The notes: generated from the letters alone by a model not told the origin. Counted from the stretch's first letter, positions 50,617-60,935 are shown. The stretch: 64,000 bases of DNA from Calditrichia bacterium (GCA_050633245.1 JBOEGD010000010.1:237866-301865), one strand, 5' to 3'. A program made the numbers and translations.

Positions 50617-51609
50617 TTACAACAATTTCAAACCACGCAGGTCATCTTTCGGTTCATCAAAACTGCAGCTACCAAAGGAAATGATACCGGCCTTGCGGAT
50701 TTTTTCAATCTCGCCAGTTGAAACACGTAATGTTTTCCAGGCAAAAGCCTTTGCGGTAAACAGGAAGTTCTTTGGATCTTCATCACCAATAATTTCGCGT
50801 AGTTCCTCACGATTCAAGTCATGAGCATAGGCAAACACGCCGGCACCGAAAACGTTAAAAAAGCCGTGCATCTTAATCTTGTCTACAGGGTTAAGATGAC
50901 GCACCGGGTGATGTAGACCAGCGGTTGCTTTTATGGCAACGCGGTTATCGCGTCCCAGAGAAATCGCATGTGCCAGTTGATCCACGGATGGATACATGTG
51001 CGGCTCAACACCACCACAACGCAACTTCAGGCCAGCACCGGCATACTTCTGTTGTTGATCCGACTCTTCCCCTGCCTCATTGTGCTGACTAATTCCACGT
51101 AAAACTGCCGGGAATTGCATCTCCCACTCTTCATGAAATCCCATCTCGTAAAACACTTTAAACTCAGGTGGACCTTGCTCTTCAATTATCGAAGCGGCCT
51201 TATCAAGAAAGCTCTTAACCGCCGTTGATGTAGGCGATTTTTGCAGGGCCTCCGGAAAGCGCGTTTCGTAGACATCCGTAATTACATTTTCGCCGTGAAG
51301 TGCTCGAAACTGCTCGATTGCCGCCAGATCTTTCTTTAATGTTGCAAAAAATTCTGTCTCACTTTTGCTGCGACTGCCAAGCACAGAGAAGCGAAACGGC
51401 TGATCACCTTCAAAAAGCGACTCTTTGTATGCTGCCAATTCGGTCAGGCGGGAGGCCGGACAAATAAAACGTGAGAGCATCCAGGATACGATCCCACTCC
51501 GATATTCTGCATAATTGCGAATCGCAGGATCCATCTCAAGCTTCGCAGGTGGAAAGAGTCCTGCATAATCAATAATCTCCGTCATGAATGCCTGAAATGG
51601 CTTCAACAT
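50617..51609 (-). CDS. Conserved hypothetical protein
   Basis: IDYAGLFPPA, KLRCGG, KATAGLHHP, MHGFFNV, SFGSCSFDEP: a recognisable uncharacterised family. Confidence 0.75.
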   Translation of the reverse strand: MLKPFQAFMTEIIDYAGLFPPAKLEMDPAIRNYAEYRSGIVSWMLSRFICPASRLTELAAYKESLFEGDQPFRFSVLGSRSKSETEFFATLKKDLAAIEQFRALHGENVITDVYETRFPEALQKSPTSTAVKSFLDKAASIIEEQGPPEFKVFYEMGFHEEWEMQFPAVLRGISQHNEAGEESDQQQKYAGAGLKLRCGGVEPHMYPSVDQLAHAISLGRDNRVAIKATAGLHHPVRHLNPVDKIKMHGFFNVFGAGVFAYAHDLNREELREIIGDEDPKNFLFTAKAFAWKTLRVSTGEIEKIRKAGIISFGSCSFDEPKDDLRGLKLL

Positions 51610-51810
51610 GCCGCGCTCCTTTTCAACTTCTTGTTGGTGAATTGTGAAGGCATAATTTAGTTAAATTTGTTGCTAAAACAACTATCTGTTTACAAATCAA
51701 GCATGAAAATGAAGCATTAGGTTAAGATAAACATTTGATATTATTTGCCGATAGTTTTAAGGCTGCCCTGAGGAGGGAATCTCAATCTTAACCGACGGTT
51801 AAAGCTTACG

Positions 51811-54800
51811 ATGATACATTCGTTACTAAAAAAACTACTCCCCCTGATTCTGATTGTTGCAGCACTTACCGCAGAACTCCTCTCCCAAACAGAATTTAGC
51901 CCTAACGAAATCCAGCTCCGTTTTGAGCGTATAAGCAGCGAAGATGGATTGTCGCATAGTTCTATTCACTGGATTCACCAGGATAAAACCGGCTATATAT
52001 GGATTTCCACTCCTGATGGGCTTAATCGTTTTGACGGCTATACCTTTCGCACCTTTCGTTACGACCCTTCAGATTCTACAACAATTCGTGGCAGCTGGGC
52101 CGGATCGCTATATGAACGCGCTAATGGCGAACTTTGGATTGCCATGGGCGTTGGTGGCTATAATCGCTTTCAGCCAGAGACCGAGACGTTCACGCATTTT
52201 GGATTCGACAGCTTAAACGTCAATTCACTACCAAGTAATTTAGTTCTAACGATTCATGAGGATAGCAATAAACGACTATGGGTCGGCACAAATAAAGGGA
52301 TTGCTTATTTTGATGATGCAACAACATCGTTTATCCGCCCAACAAATCTGATTCCTGACACTGGCATTATTCACTCTATTGTAGAAGACTCCCTCGGTTA
52401 TGTCTGGATTGCCTCCTACTCAAAAATATACCGCTACAGCACTCGTTCAAAAAAAATTGAGAGGGTCAATCTTCAGGAACATTGGCCCGGCGAAACCGCC
52501 CCGGTCCTCATATCGTCACTCGCAAGCGCCAAAGACGGGGTTTGGAGCGCAATAAGCGGCAGGGGTTTTCTAAAACTAACGTCTGTTGAAGACCATCTAA
52601 ATGCCGTAGCCTTCATGCCAATTAGCGGAAATGAAAGCTCTCTTTCTGCGCCACATTTGATGCGTGAAGATAAAGAGGGCCATCTCTGGGTTGCGGTAAA
52701 GGGTGGTGGAGTAAATCGATTAGAGCCGCAATCTGGCGCGATTTATCGCTATCGCAAGGCAAGTGGCGATCTAACGGACAATCTCATAAATTTTATATGG
52801 GAAGATCGCACAGGCACGATGTGGATTGGAACGGCAAACGGCTTAAATCGCATGTCACCCCAAGAGCGGAAATTTAATCGCTTTAGCCACTATACGCACG
52901 ATCCTGCGGATCAATATAGTCTAAGTTATCACGCGATGAGCATGGTTCACGAAGATCGTAATGGCATGCTCTGGTTTGGTACAATGGGAGGTGGTATTTC
53001 CCGCCTATCGCCAAACAAAGCGCAATTCGGACACTTGCGTTTTGGCAGACACCTGCCAAATACCGTTGCCGCAAAAAACATTCGCTCCATATTGATTACC
53101 GAAGACAGCACTACAGCAAAGCAGGACCTCTGGCTTGCAACAAGCGGTTCCGGTCTCATTCGCATCTCTGAACCCGTTTCATTTGATTCAGAGAAACAGA
53201 TTGTTGAATCTAGCTTTAGCCACTCTCCCGGCAATCGCAACAGCATCGATCATAACGTGGTGCAAACGCTGCTTGAGGATAATCTTGGTATGATCTGGAT
53301 CGGCACCCGAGCCGGAGTAAATCGCTTAGATCCGGTGTCGAATCGGGTAGAGAGAATAAACTTTTCGAAGCACTATAATCCTCGAAACCTGCCGATTAGT
53401 GTCTATATACTGTTTCAAGACAAAGATAACATGATCTGGATCGGCACGCAGAACAATGGCTTAACGCGGCTGGATCCAAAAACAGGTGCAACGAAAACCT
53501 TCACAACTGAGAACAGTAATTTAGGAGCGAATACAATTTGGGATCTAATGCAGGAGCCATCCGGCACCATTTGGATCGGCACTGCAGTTGGTGGTTTATC
53601 ACGTTTAGAACCAGAGACAGAAGCGATACGAACGTACCTGCCGATAAAAGGTGATCCCTATTCCCTCAATAATCGCTCAATCACTTCGCTGCATCTTGAT
53701 AAATCAGGCACTATCTGGCTCGGCACGTTCAGCGGTGGTCTTAATCGCTATCTGCCACAGCATGATGGTTTTCAGAACGTCATGATTAAAGATGGTCTGC
53801 CAAACAATACAATTCAGGGAATTCTGGAAGATGCCGACGGGAGGCTTTGGCTAACCTCAAATAAGGGGTTAACTCTGTTTAATCCCGACGGCGGCGTTCG
53901 AAACTTCACAGTGCGCGATGGCCTCCAGGCGAACGAATTCAATCGAGGTGCTTATGCTATGTCTTCCTCAGGGCAATTACTGTTCGGCGGCATTAATGGC
54001 ATCAATAGATTCTTTCCAGACAGCCTCCGTCTTGAAGCGCAGAACGCTCCGGTGCAAATAACCGGGCTTCAAACCTTTGGAAAAGAGGCAAAGCTTAATA
54101 GCCCTCTAAATCGTTGCGATACGCTGAACTTCAGCTATGATGAGAACCTGTTTACTTTGGATTTTGCATTGCTTGAATTTAGCGGATCTCAGGAGAATAA
54201 ATACGCCTATAAGCTGAAGGGATTGAATGAATTCTGGATAGACTTGGGAACCCGCCGCTCCGTAACATTCACTAATTTGAATCCCGGCAGCTATACGTTT
54301 TTAGTCAAAGGCAGCAACCGGGACGGTAGCTGGAGCAGTGAGGAAACCGCCCTAACCATTATTGTACACCCCCCTTTTTGGCGCACCTGGTGGTTTCGCG
54401 GATTAGTCATTTTCTCACTTATATTTCTAATCGGCCTGCTTTATCGCTATCGCGTTCGACATCTGAGAAAACAACAACAGCTTTTGGCAGAGGAAGTCGA
54501 AAAACAAACCCGCGAGCTTCGATTGCAGAAAAAGGAGTTGGAAAAGACCAACTTGCAAAAAAATGAGTTTGTTGGTATTGCCGCGCATGACCTGCGCAAT
54601 CCACTGACTGGAATTATTGGCTATCTGGAATTGCTGATTCAGCAGGTTCGCTCCGGAGTATTTGATCCAAAGGCCGGACTGGAACAGTTAGAATTTTTGA
54701 TGACAACCGCGCGACGCATGTCCGCACTAATAACCGAGATGTTAAACGTTGCAGCAATAGAATCCGGGACGATGCAGCTAAACTTAAAATCGGATGATCT

Positions 54801-55293
54801 GGGGGAATTGCTAAAAAAGATGACAAACTTCTATAGCCAGGCAGCGATCCGCAAAGATATCTCGCTTCGCTTTATCGAGACCAGTCATATTCCAGCGTTC
54901 AATTTTGATAATGCCCGTATTACAGAAGTTTTGGAGAACTTGCTGAGCAATGCAATTAAGTATACGCATCATGGTGGCGAGGTGATTGTGTCCTATACAT
55001 GCGAAGAGGGCGCCATAATAGTTTGTGTCAAAGACAATGGGCAGGGGTTGAGTTCGGAAGATCAGCAGTATGTGTTTCAGAGTTTCCGCAAGTTAAGTGC
55101 ACGACCAACGGGTGGTGAGAGCAGCAGCGGACTTGGACTAGCCATCGTAAAAAAGTTGGTTGAACTGCATAAAGGAAAAATCTGGGTAGAGAGCAAAAAG
55201 GGAGAGGGCGCTGCGTTTTACATGAAACTACCGCTGAATAGAAGTCCGCTAAATACAGAACGACGGTTGAAGAGGAAAAAGCAGCTTAATTAA
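51811..55293 (+). CDS. Sensor histidine kinase with periplasmic two-component-regulator propellers and Y_Y_Y domain
   Basis: Repeated D..G.LWIGT..GL blades, YAYKLKG/TNLNPGSYTF, PPFWRTWW TM, AAHDLRNPL, NLLSNAIKY, DNGQG, GLGLAI; no receiver domain. Confidence 0.93.
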   Translation: MIHSLLKKLLPLILIVAALTAELLSQTEFSPNEIQLRFERISSEDGLSHSSIHWIHQDKTGYIWISTPDGLNRFDGYTFRTFRYDPSDSTTIRGSWAGSLYERANGELWIAMGVGGYNRFQPETETFTHFGFDSLNVNSLPSNLVLTIHEDSNKRLWVGTNKGIAYFDDATTSFIRPTNLIPDTGIIHSIVEDSLGYVWIASYSKIYRYSTRSKKIERVNLQEHWPGETAPVLISSLASAKDGVWSAISGRGFLKLTSVEDHLNAVAFMPISGNESSLSAPHLMREDKEGHLWVAVKGGGVNRLEPQSGAIYRYRKASGDLTDNLINFIWEDRTGTMWIGTANGLNRMSPQERKFNRFSHYTHDPADQYSLSYHAMSMVHEDRNGMLWFGTMGGGISRLSPNKAQFGHLRFGRHLPNTVAAKNIRSILITEDSTTAKQDLWLATSGSGLIRISEPVSFDSEKQIVESSFSHSPGNRNSIDHNVVQTLLEDNLGMIWIGTRAGVNRLDPVSNRVERINFSKHYNPRNLPISVYILFQDKDNMIWIGTQNNGLTRLDPKTGATKTFTTENSNLGANTIWDLMQEPSGTIWIGTAVGGLSRLEPETEAIRTYLPIKGDPYSLNNRSITSLHLDKSGTIWLGTFSGGLNRYLPQHDGFQNVMIKDGLPNNTIQGILEDADGRLWLTSNKGLTLFNPDGGVRNFTVRDGLQANEFNRGAYAMSSSGQLLFGGINGINRFFPDSLRLEAQNAPVQITGLQTFGKEAKLNSPLNRCDTLNFSYDENLFTLDFALLEFSGSQENKYAYKLKGLNEFWIDLGTRRSVTFTNLNPGSYTFLVKGSNRDGSWSSEETALTIIVHPPFWRTWWFRGLVIFSLIFLIGLLYRYRVRHLRKQQQLLAEEVEKQTRELRLQKKELEKTNLQKNEFVGIAAHDLRNPLTGIIGYLELLIQQVRSGVFDPKAGLEQLEFLMTTARRMSALITEMLNVAAIESGTMQLNLKSDDLGELLKKMTNFYSQAAIRKDISLRFIETSHIPAFNFDNARITEVLENLLSNAIKYTHHGGEVIVSYTCEEGAIIVCVKDNGQGLSSEDQQYVFQSFRKLSARPTGGESSSGLGLAIVKKLVELHKGKIWVESKKGEGAAFYMKLPLNRSPLNTERRLKRKKQLN

Positions 55294-56248
55294 GAGGCTT
55301 TGAACGCGTTAAGTGAGATTGAATGTCCTCAGCAATATTGCAGTAAATTTCGCGAATTTCCATGCTGGGCGATTGTGCGCTTTCCGAATTGAACCAGTTC
55401 CAAATCTTCAGCAAATCCAATTCTTCAATCCCACACCATGCAATCTGATCCAGATGATCTCCGCGTGTTGGAAACTTACGCTGCTTAATCTTCTTCTCGA
55501 TTCCGGCATTCGACGTTAACTTTCGATTCCAACGTTGGGACTTTTCTGAGACAAGCCCGTCATTGGCTCCCTTTCGCTCATAAATCACTTTCCAGGTAAC
55601 CTGAAGTGGTAAAAACACCTGCTCCATTTCCTGCGAGCAAGAGTAGGTTTGATAGCGAACGTTATTTTTCGATTCGCGATGTCTGATGCGTTCATTGAAT
55701 TGGCTAAGGTTATCCGTGGTCAGATCGCGAAATCCATCCGTACTGAAAAGTGAGTTCAAAACGTTGAGCACCTTACCACCGCCGTTTTCCAATGCCCAAT
55801 CAATAATATAGGCACCCCGATGAGGTGTTCCAATTGTCGTTAAACTGGCAACTTTACCGGCCATTCCACCGACGGTTATCATATGGCGTGCATCGAGGCC
55901 ACCCATACTATGTCCAATAATATGAACTTTCTTATGTCCGGTTTCCGACAAAATTTTCAAGATAGATGTTTTTAAGTCATTCGAGCGGGTCTTTAAACTG
56001 CCGGTAAAGCTGACGCGGGAAGTATAGGCTTCTATACCACGGGCATTCAGATGGCTACAGATGCCACTGAAATAGTGAAAACGATCGAGTGCACCATGAA
56101 CATCATAAAGTGGGTTCTTTAGCCAGCTGGACGCCATATGAAAAAGGATATCCGGGCGCAGTATGCCGTGGGCAAGCACCACCGGATACGGTCGTTTTAC
56201 AGACGTACGCTTTACCGACTGAAGTTGATGTTCATTTGCTAGCTGCAT
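55286..56248 (-). CDS. Lipase/esterase (family I-like alpha/beta hydrolase)
   Basis: PVVLAHG, IGHSMGGLD, TIGTPHRG, NDGLVS, DHL; start at MQLANE inferred. Confidence 0.88.
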   Translation of the reverse strand: MQLANEHQLQSVKRTSVKRPYPVVLAHGILRPDILFHMASSWLKNPLYDVHGALDRFHYFSGICSHLNARGIEAYTSRVSFTGSLKTRSNDLKTSILKILSETGHKKVHIIGHSMGGLDARHMITVGGMAGKVASLTTIGTPHRGAYIIDWALENGGGKVLNVLNSLFSTDGFRDLTTDNLSQFNERIRHRESKNNVRYQTYSCSQEMEQVFLPLQVTWKVIYERKGANDGLVSEKSQRWNRKLTSNAGIEKKIKQRKFPTRGDHLDQIAWCGIEELDLLKIWNWFNSESAQSPSMEIREIYCNIAEDIQSHLTRSKPLN

Positions 56249-56443
56249 TGGTTCTCCATCCACATGCCCGGTGCCAGATATGCGACTACGTTTTAGCCGA
56301 CATATATAGTAACTAACCAAATAGTGACGTGGTTCTGCACAAACTAAATCACAGGCTATGTATGTAAAATAATAATGCTTTGGCGGCGGAAATGCAAATT
56401 TGGCGGAGGTAGTAACTATTGAAAAAATGAGGATTGGCGACAA

Positions 56444-56470
56444 GTAGCCCACGGTCGAAACCGTGGGCTA
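56444..56470. repeat. REP-like palindrome / terminator-like hairpin
   Basis: GTAGCCCACGGT-CGAA-ACCGTGGGCTA. Confidence 0.75.
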
Positions 56471-56483
56471 AAATAACTTTTAT

Positions 56484-56888
56484 CTATTTTTCGAGGTCTT
56501 TTAGCTTTTTACTGAGCTTTTCGACTTTGGCAGTCAGTTTCTCGACCTTTACCTTCAGCTCATCTACTTCGTTTCCACGAGTAAACCCAAAGGAGTTGAT
56601 TGCATTGGACAGGTTTTCTTCGACAATTTGCGCAACGTCGCCTGCTCTAACAGCAACGTCATCACGCAAACCTTTGATAAAAGACTCACTTTCATCTTCG
56701 AGCTCTTTGCCCTTTTGACGCAGGCCTTCACCGCGTTCGACAAAATCCTGAAAGAGCTTGGCGCCTTCTTTTTCAATCGTAGAAAACATGCCTAATCCGG
56801 CAAGCCAGATTTCGCGTGAACGCTCGGTTACTTCTTCCTGAATTTTTCGTGCTTTATCCTGCAAATCTTTTTGTTTATCGTCAGTCAT
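56484..56888 (-). CDS. Phasin / granule-associated protein
   Basis: EIWLAGLG, EGAKLFQDFVERGE, FGFTRGNEVDEL. Confidence 0.88.
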   Translation of the reverse strand: MTDDKQKDLQDKARKIQEEVTERSREIWLAGLGMFSTIEKEGAKLFQDFVERGEGLRQKGKELEDESESFIKGLRDDVAVRAGDVAQIVEENLSNAINSFGFTRGNEVDELKVKVEKLTAKVEKLSKKLKDLEK

Positions 56889-56921
56889 GTTTTCTCCTGT
56901 CTCAACATTTTATTGAAAGTT

Positions 56922-57362
56922 CTAGCTGTCTTTCTTATCATCGCCTTTTTGCGAATTGGCCAAATTTGTTATCAGGCTTTCCAGAGATTCAATGCGTTTT
57001 TTCAGGCCGTCCATCTCTTCGCTTTCACCACTGTTGAACAATTTGTTCAAACTAAGGCCTTCCGGAATAAACTGATCGATGCGCTTTTTCACTTCCTGAA
57101 AACCGTCATCGAGCATATGGTTTCCCATGCGAATAACGTCGTGCAGGACCTCGGTAGAAAGCGGATTCCTCCCCTTCTTCCCCTCTTCAAAAATCACCTG
57201 AGTCAGAGTTTGGGTAGTGATATCCTTCTCTGTGCTTTGCTCAATAACCTTTACGTCAACGCCATCACGAACAAGTCCGGCAATTTCTTCCAGCGAAATA
57301 TACTTTCTGCTCTCGGTATCATATAGCTTGCGGTTATCATAGCGCTTAATAATTCGACTCAT
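56922..57362 (-). CDS. phaR: PHA-synthesis regulator, PhaR-type DNA-binding protein
   Basis: IIKRYDNRKLYDTESRKYISLEEI, DITTQTLTQVIFE. Confidence 0.9.
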   Translation of the reverse strand: MSRIIKRYDNRKLYDTESRKYISLEEIAGLVRDGVDVKVIEQSTEKDITTQTLTQVIFEEGKKGRNPLSTEVLHDVIRMGNHMLDDGFQEVKKRIDQFIPEGLSLNKLFNSGESEEMDGLKKRIESLESLITNLANSQKGDDKKDS

Positions 57363-57386
57363 GTTCTTCCCCTCAATTCAACGTCA

Positions 57387-57761
57387 TCAGCTACGCTTTT
57401 GCAGCACTTCGACTGCTTCAGCCAGCTTATCTATTCTTGCATTCAATTCATCAATTTCCCTGCGGGTTGAAAAGCCAAAGGTCTTTAGTCCGGTATCAAT
57501 TGATGATTCAAGCAGCTGTAAGACTTCATCTGCGCGCTCGAAGACATCTGCACGTATGCCTGTTGCTGTCGTACTAACAGTGTTTTCCAACTGACCACCT
57601 TTTTCCAGCATAACCTTCGCCTGCCGTGCAACAGAATCTACCAATTGTCCTGCACCTTGTCCAACAACATTCAAGAGGCCAAGCCCGGAAAGCCAGACAT
57701 TGCGTAACAGTGGCTGGAGGTCAATCTCTGTAGATAGTGTTTGTTCGGGAGTAGCTTTCAT
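57387..57761 (-). CDS. Phasin / granule-associated protein
   Basis: NVWLSGLG, FGFSTRREIDELNARIDKL. Confidence 0.82.
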   Translation of the reverse strand: MKATPEQTLSTEIDLQPLLRNVWLSGLGLLNVVGQGAGQLVDSVARQAKVMLEKGGQLENTVSTTATGIRADVFERADEVLQLLESSIDTGLKTFGFSTRREIDELNARIDKLAEAVEVLQKRS

Positions 57762-57788
57762 TTCATCCTCTTTTCATTATGATGAAAC

Positions 57789-57841
57789 AAAATAACACAA
57801 TGCGTCAACATTGTCAAGTGATTTCATGACGCAGTGCGTAA
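57789..57841 (-). promoter_or_regulatory. Sigma-70 promoter with two palindromic operators (putative PhaR boxes)
   Basis: Minus strand: TTACGCACTGCGTCA, 9 nt, TTGACA, TGACGCATTGTGTTA, 17 bp spacer, TG-n-TATTTT; mirrors 25638-25689. Confidence 0.75.
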
Positions 57842-57863
57842 AAAAGTAATGAGGTAGCAGGGT

Positions 57864-57976
57864 GACTGGGCGACTGGGCGACTGGGCGACTGGGCGACTG
57901 GAATCAATTTTCCAATGATCAATAATCAATGATCAATTATAAATGGACAATCATAATTCATAATTCATCAATCATC
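57864..57976. repeat. (GACTGGGC)x4-5 and degenerate heptamer (CAATGAT/TCATAAT) tracts
   Basis: Directly visible. Confidence 0.85.
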
Positions 57977-57982
57977 ATTGCG

Positions 57983-58477
57983 TCACCCGAGTTCTTTTCG
58001 CCTCTCAAGCGCCTGTTTTTTAACAAATTCAGCGATCTTGAAATCTCGTTTTTCTTCATCGCTTTCAATAATAATTTCAGGAACTCTGGTTGGCTTGCCG
58101 TTTCTATCGAGTGCTACAAAATTGAAGTGTGCGCTGGTACATAATACATAATCGCAAGTTTGCGGATCTTCCGCATACACGCCAACTTTTACAACAATCG
58201 AGGTCTTTCCTACCCAAACGACCTTTGCGACCGTCTCGATACGATCCCCTACCCTGATCGGCAGCTTAAAATCTATCGCCTCCGTCGATGCCGTCACAAC
58301 CGGCATGCCGGCAAAGCGACCAGCTGCAATTCCGGCAATCTTATCCATTATTGCCATTACGCGTCCACCAAACATGCTGCCCAGCGGGTTTGCGTCATTT
58401 GGAAAGACCAGTTCCCAGCTTCGTACTTCTTCGGGTACACGTGCTGCAGGTATATCACTAATTCTACTCTTAGCCAT
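57983..58477 (-). CDS. Acyl-CoA thioesterase (hotdog fold, YciA-like)
   Basis: VFPNDANPLGSMFGG, VVTAS, VGKTS, FVALD. Confidence 0.93.
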   Translation of the reverse strand: MAKSRISDIPAARVPEEVRSWELVFPNDANPLGSMFGGRVMAIMDKIAGIAAGRFAGMPVVTASTEAIDFKLPIRVGDRIETVAKVVWVGKTSIVVKVGVYAEDPQTCDYVLCTSAHFNFVALDRNGKPTRVPEIIIESDEEKRDFKIAEFVKKQALERRKELG

Positions 58478-58507
58478 TATAATTTCCTTCTCGATGATTG
58501 CTTAAAT

Positions 58508-58541
58508 AAAAACCGCCCGCTCAAGCTAAGAGCAGGCGGTT
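58508..58541 (-). terminator. Intrinsic terminator after transporter
   Basis: AACCGCCCGCTC...GAGCAGGCGGTT stem with A-run on +. Confidence 0.75.
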
Positions 58542-58572
58542 ATAAAGTCAATCGACAGAAATGTTTTTAACC

Positions 58573-59955
58573 TTAAATAACATCGATCCCGAAAAAGCGG
58601 GAAAGTATTGTAAAGAAGGTGATTATTGCCAGTAGTGCCGGGCAAAAGTAAGAGATTGCAAAGTTTATATACGATTCGACATTTGATCCCTTGTAGTTTG
58701 GATTGCCCAGAGCGATTTCCTCACTCAGATTCTCCTTCTTCCAGACATACGCTGCAAAAATCGTAATTAAGCAGCCGCCGAGAGGTAATAGCGTATCGTT
58801 GGCAATATAGCCGATGAAGGTCATAAAATCTTTGGGTTCTGCTGCACCAAAGAAGCCTGTAAATGTAGATAGGAAGTCATTTGCTCCGTTCGACAGCAGA
58901 GACGGAATCCCAATAACAAAGATAAATCCGGCAATTGCCCAAACCGCCCTCTTACGTGGCCAGTTATGCTCATCAACCATATAGGAAACCGGCACTTCCA
59001 GCAGAGAAACTGTTGAGGTTAAGGCAGCAAAGGAGAGCAATAGGAAGAACAATGAACCGATAATAATGCCAAAGTTGGGGCCAAGCGTTTTAAATACACC
59101 CGGAAGTGTAACAAAAATCAACCCTGCTCCACCAGTAGGTTCGAGTCCCTGTGAAAAGACAAACGGAAACATCATCAAACCAGCGATAAAAGCAAAGCCC
59201 ACATCCATCAGGGTAATCATCGCGGCAGAGGTGATAATGTTCTCTTTACGAGACACGTAGCTTCCATAAGTTATCAGAGCACCCATTCCAAGCGACAATG
59301 AAAAGAATGCTTGTCCCAGAGCGGCATATACAACCGAGCCGGTAATTTTAGAAAAATCAGGCACCAGGTAAAATTCTACACCGGCCATGGCATTGGGCAG
59401 TGTAAACGCGTAAACAACGAGGAATAAAATAATCGTAATCAGCGCGGGCATCAGTATTCTTGCGGCACGCTCAATTCCACCTTTTACACCACCGGAGACA
59501 ATAAATGCAGTAGCGCTCATAAACAGAATTCCATACATGGCAATTGTCATCCAATCTGATACAAATCCACCAAAATTACTGCCGATGTCAAAGTTGCCTT
59601 GCACCATTTCCAGAAAGTAGCCAAATGCCCAGCCGGCCACCACATTATAATACGACAAAATTAACACGCCGCAAAACAGCCCCATCTTTCCAACAATAGC
59701 CCAGTTTTTAAAGCCAAGTCCGATAAAAGCACCTACGGGGTTCTTCGAGGTTTTTCTTCCAATTGCTATTTCAGTAACCATAACCGGAAAGCACAGCAAG
59801 AAACAAAATATCAGATAAAGAATGACGAACGCTGCGCCACCACCATTACCAACTTCAAAAGGAAAACGCCAGATATTGCCGAGCCCGACGGCAGAACCGG
59901 CAGCTGCTAAAACGAATCCCAGTCGGGACTGAAATTCACCTCTATTTGCACCCAT
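58573..59955 (-). CDS. Sodium-dependent transporter (NSS/SNF family)
   Basis: GSAVGLGNIWRFP, GGGAAF, GQAFFSLSLGMG, AALTS. Confidence 0.95.
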   Translation of the reverse strand: MGANRGEFQSRLGFVLAAAGSAVGLGNIWRFPFEVGNGGGAAFVILYLIFCFLLCFPVMVTEIAIGRKTSKNPVGAFIGLGFKNWAIVGKMGLFCGVLILSYYNVVAGWAFGYFLEMVQGNFDIGSNFGGFVSDWMTIAMYGILFMSATAFIVSGGVKGGIERAARILMPALITIILFLVVYAFTLPNAMAGVEFYLVPDFSKITGSVVYAALGQAFFSLSLGMGALITYGSYVSRKENIITSAAMITLMDVGFAFIAGLMMFPFVFSQGLEPTGGAGLIFVTLPGVFKTLGPNFGIIIGSLFFLLLSFAALTSTVSLLEVPVSYMVDEHNWPRKRAVWAIAGFIFVIGIPSLLSNGANDFLSTFTGFFGAAEPKDFMTFIGYIANDTLLPLGGCLITIFAAYVWKKENLSEEIALGNPNYKGSNVESYINFAISYFCPALLAIITFFTILSRFFGIDVI

Positions 59956-60085
59956 ATTAAACGCCTCAGTTTTATGTTTTCATAAAAGATTGCCTGCAGG
60001 AATTCGCAAAATATACATAGAAAAGTCAAATAAACATATAGTTAGACGCGCCTAAAAGTGGATTTTTTGCGGAATGGTGTGGTGG

Positions 60086-60865
60086 TTAGTAGAGGATTGC
60101 AGAAAGATAGCCATCAACATGATCGGCCTCGACAATAAGGTCAGCAGTCGTGCGATAGACAAGCACATTCGCCATAGCGGCACCTTTTTCGCGGGCAAAA
60201 CGAACGGCAACGTCAATGGATGCAGCTGACTCCGGTGCAATTCCATAAAGCAGACCAGCCTCCATATCTTCAATTGACGGTTGCAGCCAATCGACCAAAC
60301 CGGCGGCATCTTCCACAGAACGATTAGATATAATATCCGTTGCCGCCATTAACAAAACTTTTGAGCGTGTGCCGGTTGCAAGTCCAATGTGCTTTGCTAA
60401 AGCCTGTGCATCGGTTTCTTCCAGTTCACCGCAAACCATCGGCAAAACGCTAACAGGCCTATCCAGCCATTTAAGATACAGCATCGCCGAGCGCAGAGCT
60501 TCGCTTCCGGCACCGTCTGTTTCTAATACTTCTATCCCCGGAAAAGAAAGTAATTCGCGGCGCAGGCGCTCATCATAAGACAAATTGCTACAAAACTCCG
60601 GCAGCGTGTTTTCAGACGCCACATAGCAGTATGGTTTCACCAGATTAGATTGATGTAGCAAAATTACCGTATTGTATGAAAAGCTGAGGATTTGCCGAAC
60701 GGCCTTTGCGGCAACGCCACCGGATCGGCTGAAGTCTGAAGCGGGAATAATAATTGAGGAAATAGCCGAAGCATCGGGCAATTGCTCGACCGGTGCCTGC
60801 TCGAGGAGGAAACTTATTTTTCGCTGTATTTCAGAATGAGTATGCACGCTTCTTCCGGCTTCCAT
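60086..60865 (-). CDS. Degenerate Memo / AmmeMemoRadiSam protein B-like protein
   Basis: Overall Memo layout (II.P...SG.VAA, VLPMVCG, Y.TT.D, DGYLSAI) but His motifs missing. Confidence 0.55.
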   Translation of the reverse strand: MEAGRSVHTHSEIQRKISFLLEQAPVEQLPDASAISSIIIPASDFSRSGGVAAKAVRQILSFSYNTVILLHQSNLVKPYCYVASENTLPEFCSNLSYDERLRRELLSFPGIEVLETDGAGSEALRSAMLYLKWLDRPVSVLPMVCGELEETDAQALAKHIGLATGTRSKVLLMAATDIISNRSVEDAAGLVDWLQPSIEDMEAGLLYGIAPESAASIDVAVRFAREKGAAMANVLVYRTTADLIVEADHVDGYLSAILY

Positions 60866-60935
60866 ATCGTAGTAGTCGCTTACTGCAAAAAGAACAAAAC
60901 CGCAAGCGAAACACCTGCGGTCTTGATATCAATAC

